This document shows positions 31,877 to 40,386 of a DNA stretch of 64,000 nt, in pieces (the stretch's first letter is position 1; each line of letters starts with the position of its first letter). The translations under genes were made by a program, and so were the position numbers. The stretch is from Candidatus Tayloriibacteriota bacterium (GTDB taxonomy: Bacteria; Patescibacteriota; Minisyncoccia; Phycocordibacterales; SIBU01). The stretch is from contig SIBU01000001.1 in the NCBI GenBank assembly GCA_009695005.1, positions 77 to 64,076 on the forward strand. The letters are read 5' to 3'. The notes below the pieces were generated by a model. It did not search any database, was not told where the DNA came from, and saw nothing but the letters and a program-made list of their open reading frames with translations.

Positions 31877-32722
31877 ATGGCACAGGATAAATACACGGCA
31901 GTTTGGGTTTCTCACTCCTCAATGGGCGATTTTTTGAAGTGTCCCCGGGCTTATTATTTACACAATGTTTATAAAAACCCGAAAACTGGTAAGAAAATAA
32001 ATATCATCAATCCGGCATTGGCCTTGGGACAAATTGTTCATGAGATCGTCGAAGGTTTGGCGAAGTTTAAAGCTGAGGAACGTTTTAATCAGCCTCTTCT
32101 TGAGGAATTTGATAAAGCTTGGATCAAAGTTTCCGGCAAAAAGGGCGGTTTCAAATCTGTTTCAGAAGAAGAGGATTCAAAGGCACGTGGGAGAGCCATG
32201 ATTGAGCGTGTGATTAAAAATCCAGGGCCTCTGAAAAACAAAACAGTTTTAATAAAGCCAGGAAAGAACGACTTACCACCCAATTTTTATCTTTCTGAAG
32301 AAGACAATATCATTTTGTGTGGAAAAATTGACTGGCTTGAATATGTTCCGGAAAACGATAGCGTCAAACTTTTGGATTTTAAAACCGGAAAACATGATGA
32401 GACGGGAGATTCATTGCAGTTGCCGATTTATCAATTGCTTTTGAAAAATTGTCAGAATCGGCCGCTGGCTGGAGCAGCATATTGGTATCTCGATCGCGAC
32501 GATTTGCCCAAAGCTGTGACTTTACCAGATTTGGAAACTGGGCGTAGTGCAGTTCTTGATGTGGCTATGAAAGTTAAAAAGGCTAGAGAAAGTAAGGAAT
32601 TTATTTGTCCACGTGGTGAAAAAGGTTGTTTTGCTTGTGAACCATATGAAAAAATTCTTCGGGGGGAAGCGGAGTTTATTGGTACTGGGGAGTACAATCA
32701 AGATATCTATGTAGTTGAGTAA
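31877..32722 (+). CDS. PD-(D/E)XK nuclease, Cas4/AddB-nuclease-like, with four Cys for an Fe-S cluster
   Basis: N-terminal Cys (KCPRAYY); GKIDWLEY...LLDFKTGK (D...DxK); QLPIYQLL (QxxxY); C-terminal CPRGEKGCFAC. Confidence 0.7.
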   Translation: MAQDKYTAVWVSHSSMGDFLKCPRAYYLHNVYKNPKTGKKINIINPALALGQIVHEIVEGLAKFKAEERFNQPLLEEFDKAWIKVSGKKGGFKSVSEEEDSKARGRAMIERVIKNPGPLKNKTVLIKPGKNDLPPNFYLSEEDNIILCGKIDWLEYVPENDSVKLLDFKTGKHDETGDSLQLPIYQLLLKNCQNRPLAGAAYWYLDRDDLPKAVTLPDLETGRSAVLDVAMKVKKARESKEFICPRGEKGCFACEPYEKILRGEAEFIGTGEYNQDIYVVE

Positions 32723-32789
32723 CCAAGATTTAGTTGCATTCTTTTAGCAAAATTTGATGGTGTCGTTTTAAGGTTAGATGATATACAAG

Positions 32790-32814
32790 CCGGTTCTCTT
32801 CGAGACCGGTTTTT
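32790..32814 (+). terminator. Rho-independent terminator
   Basis: Stem ccggttctc / gagaccgg (one bulge), then TTTTT. Confidence 0.6.
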
Positions 32815-32817
32815 CAT

Positions 32818-32846
32818 TTGACACTTTATATTTCTAGCCTTACAAT
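32818..32846 (+). promoter_or_regulatory. Near-consensus sigma70 promoter
   Basis: TTGACA (32818-32823), a 17-nt spacer, then TACAAT (32841-32846). Confidence 0.6.
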
Positions 32847-32895
32847 CATTGTGGTGTTTTTCTCATGAAATAGCGTGAGAAGATCAATAGATATT

Positions 32896-33069
32896 ATGCC
32901 AGAAAAATCACTTGAGGCTGTTGCGACTGAAGTGGCAGCAGGTGGAAAGATAGAATCGATCATATTTCGTTCCTGTTTGCTGGAGGTTGGACCTGTTGAT
33001 GAGGAAGGGGATCCTATCGATACCCCCATTTCAGCAGAGGAAATCGAAAGCGGTTATTTACGCTACTAA
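32896..33069 (+). CDS. Hypothetical small acidic protein (57 aa)
   Basis: MPEKSLEAVATEVAAGGKIESIIFRSCLLEVGPVDEEGDPIDTPISAEEIESGYLRY. Bracketed by the strong promoter and a terminator. Start is uncertain (GTG 32875 or ATG 32896). Confidence 0.4.
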   Translation: MPEKSLEAVATEVAAGGKIESIIFRSCLLEVGPVDEEGDPIDTPISAEEIESGYLRY

Positions 33070-33073
33070 GAAG

Positions 33074-33095
33074 CCCCAATTTGTTGGGGTTTTTA
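33074..33095 (+). terminator. Rho-independent terminator
   Basis: Stem ccccaa / ttgggg with a 4-nt loop, then TTTTT. Confidence 0.65.
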
Positions 33096-33108
33096 TTTTA
33101 AAATATTT

Positions 33109-36100
33109 CTATTCCAAATCTTTAATTTTTTCGGCAATCATACTGATTTCGTCGTTTCTGTTTGAAATTTTGCCCTTGATAGCCACGCATTTCTCGGCCA
33201 CTAGAAATTTTTTATAATCCTCAAAAACTCTGGGAAAAACAACTACTTCAATCGAACCTGTCAGATCTGCAAGTCGAAGAAACATCATTTGGTCGTTCTT
33301 TTTTGTTAGGATAGGTTTGGCTTCCTCGATAATACCTCCAACCACTGCTATCATACCCTCCTTGAGTTCGGCTTTAACTCTTGCAATAGTAACTTCGCGT
33401 TTTTCGAGAACGTTTTTAAATTTATCCAACGGGTGACCAGAAATATAAAGTCCGAGAAGTTCCTTTTCCCAAATCAATTTTTCGGTTTGGCTAGCCGGAG
33501 TGGCGTCCATGAGAGAGAGGTCAGAACCGTCATTTGGTGTGACTATGGATCCGAAAAGAGAATCTTGGTTGTCAGGCGCTTTCGCCTTTTCTTTGTTATA
33601 AGCAAGCAGGTTTTCAACATTAGCCAACATTATTCCTCTCTCTCCAAAATCGTCCAAAGCACCCGCTTTTATGAGAGCCTCAAGCGATTTTTTGTTCATA
33701 TTTCTGTCACGTATTCGATTGAGAAAATTTCCAAGTGAACTAAAAGGTCCATTCGCTTTTCTTTCGGCAATTATTATGTCAGCGATTCCTTCGCCAAAAT
33801 TTTTGATAGTGGTAAGTCCAAAGCGAATCTTGTCAGAGCTATTAACATTTGACATTTGACCATTGACTGCCGGCTTCACTACCGTAAAGCCGGAGAAACT
33901 TTCGTTAATTGACGGCGGTAAAACCGGAATTTCCATTCTTTTGCACTCACCTATAATTTCAGCAATTTTTTCAACATCTCCGGAATCTGCAGTCAGAACG
34001 GCCGACATATAAATGGCGGGGAAGTTAGCTTTCATATATGCGGTTTGATAGGCTACTTTTCCATAACTGGCTGCATGAGCTTTGTTGAAACCGTAGGCTG
34101 CAAACGGTTCGATAAGTTTCCATAACTCATCTGCTTTTTCTACAGTCATTCCATTCTGAATCAAACCCTTTAGGAGTTTTTCTTTTTGAGCTTCCATTTC
34201 TGCTGGGATTTTTTTACCCATTGCTTTGCGGAGTTTATCTGCTTCTAGCCACGAGTAACCTGCAAGTTCTATGGCGATTAACATAACATCGTCTTGATAT
34301 GTGATGACTCCGTAAGATTCTGAAAGAATACTTTTCATTCGTGGGTCAAGATATTTTACGTGTGAGGCGTTATGTTTTCCGTCAATATATTGCGGGATTG
34401 ACTCCATTGGTCCTGGGCGATAAAGGGCCACCATGGCATTGATATCATGTATGGTGTTTGGTCTAAGATCTTTAAGATACCGTGTCATTCCGGAACCGTT
34501 AAGTTGGAATAGCCCGCCCGTTACTCCGAGAGCTAACATAGAGAAAGTTTTCTTGTCGTCCAGAGGGACATTTTCAATATCAATGTCGACATTTTCCAAT
34601 TTTTTTGCCAAAAGCACGGAGTCCGCCAAAATTGAAAGATTTTTAATTCCCAAAAAGTCGAGCTTTAAAAGCCCGACGTCTTCCATAACATACATGTCAT
34701 ATTGTGTAATGACTTTGCCTTCGCCTTTTGGATCAAGCTGAAGCGGGCTAAAATCGGTCAGAGGTGTAGGGGCAATAACGACACCAGCAGCATGGACGGA
34801 AATATGCCTGGCACAACCCTCGATTTTTTTTGCTAAATCTATTATTTCTGTAACTTCCTTCTCATCGGTGTAGGCTGCCTTGAGTTCAGGTACCATTTCA
34901 ATTGCTCTGTCGATAGACATTGGAAAACCTTGACTACCCATAGGGATTAGTTTGGCGATTCTGTCACCTAGAGTGTATGGGTGACCAAGTGCTCTTGCCA
35001 CATCGCGTACGCTACCTCTGGCCATCATGGTACCGAAAGTTCCGATTTGAGCTACTTTGTCGTCGCCGTATTTTTTTCTGGCATAAGAAATCATTTCATC
35101 TCGACGATTGTCGGCGATGTCCATATCGATATCGGGTGCGCTAGGGCGTTCGGGGTTTAGGAAACGATTGAATGGCAGTTTGTATTCAATTGGGTTAACG
35201 GTTGTGATATAGGTTAGGAATGACACCATTGAACCCGCGGCGGAACCTCTGGTTGTACTCAAGATTTTAACTTCTCGGGCGTGACGCAAAAGGTCAGAAA
35301 CAACTAAAAAGTAAGGCGCATAACCTTTTTTCTTAATAACTCCAAGTTCGTATTCGACTCTTTCTAATAATTCAGGAGTTTCGACGAGTTGTCGGGATTT
35401 TATACCTTCGAAAGTAATGTGACGCAGTTCTTCGTCTAGTGACCTGCCGGATTCAACTGGGTAGTCCGGAAATACCCACTTACCGAGTTCGATTTCGAGA
35501 TTGCACATTTCTACAATTTTTTCTACATTGTCTAAGGCCTCAGGTAAATCTTTGAAATATTCTTGGGCTTGTTTCTCATCGATGAAAGAAAAATCCCCGG
35601 AATCTTCCGTACCTGAAGATTTTTCGGAAAGTTCGGCGTTTGAATTTACCAAAGTTAATGTGTCCCGTGCTTTTTTGTCTTCAGGATAAATGTAATACAC
35701 GTCATGTGCCGCTACCAATGGAGTTTTTGTGATTTTGGAGAATTTCTCCAAGAGTTTCATGTTTTTCTCATGGCCTTCAATCTCTGGATGGTGGGTAATT
35801 TCTAAATAGAAGCTATCCTCTCCAAAAGTTTTTTTGTACCAAGCGGTAATTTCTGAAGCTTTGTTTTCGTCACCATTCTTTAGTGCGGACATTACCGGCC
35901 CAGTGAAGGACGGAGAAATGGCGATCAAGCCTTCGGCGTATTTTTCCAGAAGTTCAAGGTCGATTCTTGGTTTGTAGTAAAAACCTTCTAAGTTCGAGAT
36001 AGTTACGATTTTTATAAGATTTCTATAACCGGTAATATTTTTGGCGAGCAAAATTAGTCTGGTACGTCGATTGTCTACTCCAGCTTGCTTGTCGTGACGA

Positions 36101-36324
36101 GTTCGTAGTGCAAGATATGCGTCAACACCTATAATTGGTTTAATATCTTCCTCCTTGCAGGCTTTGTAAAATTCAATTGCTCCATACATGTTGCCACTAT
36201 CGGTAAGAGCTAGTGCAGTCATTCCGGCTTTTTTTGTTGCCTCAAGCAGTTCATCAATTTTAGGTAAAGCGGCAAGCAGGCTATAATGCGAATGAGTGTG
36301 AAGATGGGCGAATTTGGCAGACAT
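33109..36324 (-). CDS. dnaE: DNA polymerase III alpha subunit
   Basis: PHP domain start (FAHLHTHSHYSLL), FNRFLNPERPSAPDIDMD, GFNKAHAASYG, and a C-terminal OB-fold region. 1071 aa. TATAAT (complement of 36331-36336) lies 6 nt upstream of the ATG. Confidence 0.95.
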   Translation of the reverse strand: MSAKFAHLHTHSHYSLLAALPKIDELLEATKKAGMTALALTDSGNMYGAIEFYKACKEEDIKPIIGVDAYLALRTRHDKQAGVDNRRTRLILLAKNITGYRNLIKIVTISNLEGFYYKPRIDLELLEKYAEGLIAISPSFTGPVMSALKNGDENKASEITAWYKKTFGEDSFYLEITHHPEIEGHEKNMKLLEKFSKITKTPLVAAHDVYYIYPEDKKARDTLTLVNSNAELSEKSSGTEDSGDFSFIDEKQAQEYFKDLPEALDNVEKIVEMCNLEIELGKWVFPDYPVESGRSLDEELRHITFEGIKSRQLVETPELLERVEYELGVIKKKGYAPYFLVVSDLLRHAREVKILSTTRGSAAGSMVSFLTYITTVNPIEYKLPFNRFLNPERPSAPDIDMDIADNRRDEMISYARKKYGDDKVAQIGTFGTMMARGSVRDVARALGHPYTLGDRIAKLIPMGSQGFPMSIDRAIEMVPELKAAYTDEKEVTEIIDLAKKIEGCARHISVHAAGVVIAPTPLTDFSPLQLDPKGEGKVITQYDMYVMEDVGLLKLDFLGIKNLSILADSVLLAKKLENVDIDIENVPLDDKKTFSMLALGVTGGLFQLNGSGMTRYLKDLRPNTIHDINAMVALYRPGPMESIPQYIDGKHNASHVKYLDPRMKSILSESYGVITYQDDVMLIAIELAGYSWLEADKLRKAMGKKIPAEMEAQKEKLLKGLIQNGMTVEKADELWKLIEPFAAYGFNKAHAASYGKVAYQTAYMKANFPAIYMSAVLTADSGDVEKIAEIIGECKRMEIPVLPPSINESFSGFTVVKPAVNGQMSNVNSSDKIRFGLTTIKNFGEGIADIIIAERKANGPFSSLGNFLNRIRDRNMNKKSLEALIKAGALDDFGERGIMLANVENLLAYNKEKAKAPDNQDSLFGSIVTPNDGSDLSLMDATPASQTEKLIWEKELLGLYISGHPLDKFKNVLEKREVTIARVKAELKEGMIAVVGGIIEEAKPILTKKNDQMMFLRLADLTGSIEVVVFPRVFEDYKKFLVAEKCVAIKGKISNRNDEISMIAEKIKDLE

Positions 36325-36364
36325 ATCCCGATTATACTACAAAAAATATAAGGCAACTGCATTT

Positions 36365-36967
36365 ATGAAATATTTAATTGGTATTGATGAGGCAGGCAGG
36401 GGCCCGTTGGCTGGTCCGGTAGCAGTATCGGCTTTTTGTGTATTGATTAATTCTAAGCATCATCTTTTAAAATACTTTCCCGACCATAAGGTTCGAGATT
36501 CAAAAAAACTTACAGCTCCAGTTCGTGAGCATATTTACGCGAAGCTTGTCGAGGATAAAGTTAAAAAGCTAATTTTTTTTGAGGTCTCGTTTGCAAGTTC
36601 AAATATTATAGACAAAAAGGGAATTAGTTATGCAATCCGCACAGCTTTGGAAAGTTCAATTGAAAATCTTGGTCTGCTGGCGGAGGAATGTTTGGTGTTG
36701 CTGGACGGAAGTCTTAAAGCACCCGGGAAATACAAGAATCAAGAAACGATAATTAAGGGTGATGAAAAAGAAGCGGTTATCGCTCTGGCGTCGATCGTTG
36801 CAAAAGTTTCTCGAGATAGAAAAATGCAGATATTTGATAAAAAATATCCCTTGTACGGTTTCGGTGTTCATAAAGGTTATGGCACCAAAAAACATTATAT
36901 TTCAATTCGAAAACATGGACTTACTCCTGTCCATAGAAAATCTTATTTAAAATCTGTTGATAAATAA
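36365..36967 (+). CDS. rnhB: Ribonuclease HII
   Basis: IGIDEAGRGPLAGPVAV, DSKKLT, LLDG, SIVAKVSRD. ATG 36365 is chosen because the track start at 36314 overlaps the divergent dnaE start. Confidence 0.85.
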   Translation: MKYLIGIDEAGRGPLAGPVAVSAFCVLINSKHHLLKYFPDHKVRDSKKLTAPVREHIYAKLVEDKVKKLIFFEVSFASSNIIDKKGISYAIRTALESSIENLGLLAEECLVLLDGSLKAPGKYKNQETIIKGDEKEAVIALASIVAKVSRDRKMQIFDKKYPLYGFGVHKGYGTKKHYISIRKHGLTPVHRKSYLKSVDK

Positions 36968-37067
36968 GCACAAGTTAACAATGTATATATTTTGTAATAG
37001 CCAAAAACTCAGCTGAATTTTGAAAATACAAGGAAACTAAACAAAAGAAATCGCGTCTAAAAGGGAA

Positions 37068-37199
37068 ATGGCTAGGTACCTTAGTCACTGTGCAATGGTA
37101 AGTGAAGAGCTAATAAAGTCAGGGTTTGAAAAAAACCTGCAGAAATGTCCTTCAGCTAAACGTAAGTGCTGGAAGATTGAATGTGTACCGATGACTTAA
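37068..37199 (+). other. Orphan transcription unit: a 43-codon Cys-containing ORF or an unassigned small RNA
   Basis: Lies in the 375-nt gap after rnhB. ORF MARYLSHCAMVSEELIKSGFEKNLQKCPSAKRKCWKIECVPMT, preceded by AAGGGA; that box ends only 2 nt before the ATG, which is a poor SD spacing. A dedicated terminator sits at 37221-37250. Contains GUCAGG-stem-GAAA-stem-GCAG, reminiscent of SRP RNA helix 8. Confidence 0.3.
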
Positions 37200-37220
37200 A
37201 TACATCCTGTAAATTCGCGA

Positions 37221-37250
37221 AGTCGCCAAGGTTACACCTGGCGACTTTTT
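37221..37250 (+). terminator. Rho-independent terminator
   Basis: 8-bp stem agtcgcca / tggcgact, then TTTTT. Confidence 0.7.
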
Positions 37251-37360
37251 AGTAAAAAAAGATACCACATTACTTTTGGCTATTGATTTATAAATTAAAT
37301 ATGTTATTGTCAAACTAGATTTGATCCATTTTAAATAGGTTAGTGAAAGTGAGGGGATTA

Positions 37361-38011
37361 ATGAATTATTCAAAAAAAGTTCTAAGAAGAGTTTCGGAGG
37401 CTAAAAAACATCTTTTCGAAGGAGAAAAGCTAGCTGGTGCAACATCAAAAGTTGAAAAGGTTGTCCCTCCCAGGGTTTCTAGTCAAAATGATGGAGCGGT
37501 ATCTTTCAAAAGAATACCAATTCATTTTTCAGCCGGTGTCATTTATTCGAAGATCGAAAAACTGTGGTACATAGCCGGGATTACGGACAAGCGTTTTTTA
37601 AGGGATGTCAAACTTCCAGGGGGCACCAATAAGGGTTATTTGGGTGAAAGTGCGTGGGAGACTCTCTGTCGTGAGTGCGAAGAGGAACTTCTCCTTAGGA
37701 TAGATCCAGAAGAGATTTGTCACCCTGTTCATCAAGTTCTTGTTCCGATCAAACAATTTTTCTTCGTTGTAAGAGGTTGGGAGGGAACATTGCGTGACGG
37801 ACTTACCGACAAGTGGTTTGCCGATACTGATGGAGAAATTCTAAAAGCTCGATGGGTTGAGCTTTCTGAATTTGGAGCTTGCTGTTTCATTAACCACCGT
37901 GAAGGATTGGAAAAAGCTACAGTTACAATTGCTCGAGAACAATGCGATAGAACGTTTGCTGAGCAGGCAATTTCTGCGGACATCATTTCTTCTTCCGATG
38001 TATATCGTTGA
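37361..38011 (+). CDS. Nudix-like protein with a degenerate Nudix box
   Basis: KLPGGTNKGYLGESAWETLCRECEEELLL retains E-x7-RE-x-EE but has irregular G spacing and lacks the terminal G. SD GAGGGG lies 4 nt upstream of ATG 37361. Confidence 0.45.
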   Translation: MNYSKKVLRRVSEAKKHLFEGEKLAGATSKVEKVVPPRVSSQNDGAVSFKRIPIHFSAGVIYSKIEKLWYIAGITDKRFLRDVKLPGGTNKGYLGESAWETLCRECEEELLLRIDPEEICHPVHQVLVPIKQFFFVVRGWEGTLRDGLTDKWFADTDGEILKARWVELSEFGACCFINHREGLEKATVTIAREQCDRTFAEQAISADIISSSDVYR

Positions 38012-38042
38012 ACAGGTTGGCCCAGGCTTTACCTGTTTTTTA
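38011..38042 (+). terminator. Rho-independent terminator
   Basis: Stem aacaggt / acctgtt, then TTTTT. Confidence 0.6.
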
Positions 38043-38153
38043 TATTTGGAAATGAAGTTGTCAGAGCAGCTTGTTGTCTCCTTGCGTAAGGAAATTTTCT
38101 TGATTTGTTGGTAAGGATTGCAAATTTCTCTAAATAGTGTAAGCTTTTAAACC

Positions 38154-38384
38154 ATGGTAGTTCGAATGCGCGCAAACAGGGGTCATAGAGATAATCGAAG
38201 GTCTCACTTCGCATTGAAGGAGGCGCGTTTTTCTCTTTGCAAAGACTGTGGCAAATCGCATTTGAGACATCGGGTTTGTACCACCTGCGGCAAGTACAAG
38301 GGCGTTCAAGTTTTGAATGTCCATGCTAAAATAGAGAAGAAGGCGAAAAAGATGAAGGAGAAGGCAGTAAAAGCAAAAAATTAA
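38154..38384 (+). CDS. rpmF: 50S ribosomal protein L32
   Basis: MVVRMRANRGHRDNRRSHFAL...CKDCGKSHLRHRVCTTCGKYKG fits the bL32 pattern, including the CxxC...CxxC zinc ribbon. Confidence 0.85.
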   Translation: MVVRMRANRGHRDNRRSHFALKEARFSLCKDCGKSHLRHRVCTTCGKYKGVQVLNVHAKIEKKAKKMKEKAVKAKN

Positions 38385-38452
38385 CAATTGACACGTGACG
38401 ATTGACATGTGAGCGAGTTCAGATGTTAAGGGTTTCTTGTTAAATGTTCTTT

Positions 38453-39361
38453 ATGGCTAACCGGCACCTTGCACGTTCAACAGTTTTACAAACACTCTTT
38501 GAGTGGGATTTCAACGGTCAAAAGCCGACTGATGATTTAGAGTTGATTCTTGAGCGCGATGTGCTTGAATTTGCCCCGGGTATCGGCGATACAGCCTTTA
38601 TGCGTGAGCTTCTTCGTTCAATTTTGGAGAAGCGTGGAGACATAGATATGATAATTGAAAAGGCTGCTCCAGACTGGCCTCTCAATAAAATTTCAATTGT
38701 GGACCGCAATGTTTTGCGTATTGGTCTTTATGAATTGCTTTTTGCCGATAAAAATGAGGTCCCTGAAAAAGTAGCAATTAATGAGGCTATTGAATTGGCA
38801 AAAACTTACGGCGGTGAAAATAGTGGTAAGTTTGTGAACGGAGTTCTCGGTTCTGTTTATAAAGAACTAGGTGAACCGGGTAAGGACGTTGTTTCTAAAA
38901 AAAGTAAGCGTAAAAATGATGTGCCTTTTGAAAAAATGCTCATTCAAAAACTTGGTGGTGCCGTTGTTTACGCACGTGATGGAAGCGATGTGTATCTTGC
39001 ACTAGTTCACGATATTTTTGGTCACTGGACGCTATCAAAAGGAAAAATTGAGGTTGATGAAAATGTGGAGCAGGGTACCATTAGAGAGATTAAGGAGGAG
39101 CTCGGCGTGGATATTGTTATAAAAGAACAACTTGGAAAAAACGAGTATGTTGCATCAGACCCCGAGAAAGGAAAAATTCGAAAACAAGTTAATTATTTTT
39201 TAGGGGAGACAAAGTTTGAAACACTTAAACTCGGCACTTCTGGAGGATTGGATGATGCCAGATGGTTTAAAATGGCCGATATTGTGTCACTTAACATTTA
39301 TAACGATATTCTCCCGATAGTGACTAAGGCAGTAAATATTCTATTACAAGATAAAAAATAA
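38453..39361 (+). CDS. nusB: NusB antitermination factor fused to a C-terminal Nudix hydrolase domain
   Basis: N-terminal ~150 aa: RHLARSTVLQTLFEWDF...DRNVLRIGLYELLF...INEAIELAKTYGGENSGKFVNGVLG (NusB). C-terminal part: GKIEVDENVEQGTIREIKEELGV, a perfect Nudix box Gx5Ex7REUxEExGU. Confidence 0.8.
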   Translation: MANRHLARSTVLQTLFEWDFNGQKPTDDLELILERDVLEFAPGIGDTAFMRELLRSILEKRGDIDMIIEKAAPDWPLNKISIVDRNVLRIGLYELLFADKNEVPEKVAINEAIELAKTYGGENSGKFVNGVLGSVYKELGEPGKDVVSKKSKRKNDVPFEKMLIQKLGGAVVYARDGSDVYLALVHDIFGHWTLSKGKIEVDENVEQGTIREIKEELGVDIVIKEQLGKNEYVASDPEKGKIRKQVNYFLGETKFETLKLGTSGGLDDARWFKMADIVSLNIYNDILPIVTKAVNILLQDKK

Positions 39362-39489
39362 ATTCGAAGCGCGAATCATTAAATTCCGAGACAAATTCTA
39401 AGAACGAAATTCTAAATTTTTAACATTGGGATTTTGAATTTGGGTATTGTGTCTGACTTTAAAATTCGAATTTCGGATTTTTAAAAAAA

Positions 39490-40179
39490 ATGGACTTTAG
39501 TAAATTTGAAGATCAGCTCGGTATATTTTTTAAGAATAAAGGTCTTCTGCAGATGGCCTTCACTCATCGCTCGTATATAAACGAAAACCGCAAGGGAACG
39601 TTTGAGCACAATGAGCGTCTTGAGTTTTTGGGCGATGCGGTGCTGGAGCTTATTTGTACGCATTTTCTTTTCAATAAGTATCCTGATAAAACTGAAGGAG
39701 ATTTAACTTCATATCGTAGCGCTTTGGTAAACGCCATTACACTTTCCGAAGTGGCTTCTAAGCTTGGTATGAACGAGTTTCTTTTGCTTTCTAAAGGCGA
39801 GACAAAGGATACTGGCCGAGCAAGGCAATATATTTTAGCTAACACTATGGAGGCTTTTATTGGCGCGTTGTTTCTTGATCAGGGATACGATGTGACTGAA
39901 GTATTTATCAAGAAATATATTCTTTCGCTTATCGACGGTATTGTAGCTAACAAGGCGTGGCTTGATGCTAAGAGTTTTTTTCAAGAGAAAGCTCAGGAAA
40001 TCGATGGTATAACACCATCATACACAGTACTTAAGGAAACTGGCCCTGATCACGACAAACATTTTACAATGGTAGTTTCTATTGGGCGCGAACAGGTCGC
40101 TACTGGAGACGGTAAATCAAAACAAGACGCCGAGCAGGCCGCCGCTGCAGCGGGGCTCAAAGCAAAGGGGTGGCTCTAA
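39490..40179 (+). CDS. rnc: Ribonuclease III
   Basis: NERLEFLGDAVLE signature, NTMEAFIGAL, and a C-terminal dsRBD (GPDHDKHF...GKSKQDAEQAAA). Confidence 0.95.
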   Translation: MDFSKFEDQLGIFFKNKGLLQMAFTHRSYINENRKGTFEHNERLEFLGDAVLELICTHFLFNKYPDKTEGDLTSYRSALVNAITLSEVASKLGMNEFLLLSKGETKDTGRARQYILANTMEAFIGALFLDQGYDVTEVFIKKYILSLIDGIVANKAWLDAKSFFQEKAQEIDGITPSYTVLKETGPDHDKHFTMVVSIGREQVATGDGKSKQDAEQAAAAAGLKAKGWL

Positions 40180-40227
40180 AAAGTTTAAAGTTAAAGGCTT
40201 AAAAGTAAAAGTGACAAAAAAGGGAGT

Positions 40228-40262
40228 CAAGATCCGAGGCAACAAAATTGCCTCGGATCTTG
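40228..40262 (+). terminator. Terminator hairpin after rnc
   Basis: Perfect 13-bp stem caagatccgaggc / gcctcggatcttg. The T-tract is weak. Confidence 0.55.
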
Positions 40263-40386
40263 TACTTTGTGAGGTTTAGTTGTAGTGTCTAATTCGATTA
40301 AAAAAATCGGAGCGGTTTCTACCGTTTTCGCGATAGTTCACCAAAACAAAACGGGCCGTAGTAAGCCCATCCCAAAAGGATAAATT

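Noticed and set aside
37100-37160. Firm call of SRP (4.5S) RNA
   Set aside because: The apex motif is similar, but I could not build the extended helix 5 pairing. The 3' AGCA motif reads CUGCA instead. An Infernal run is needed.
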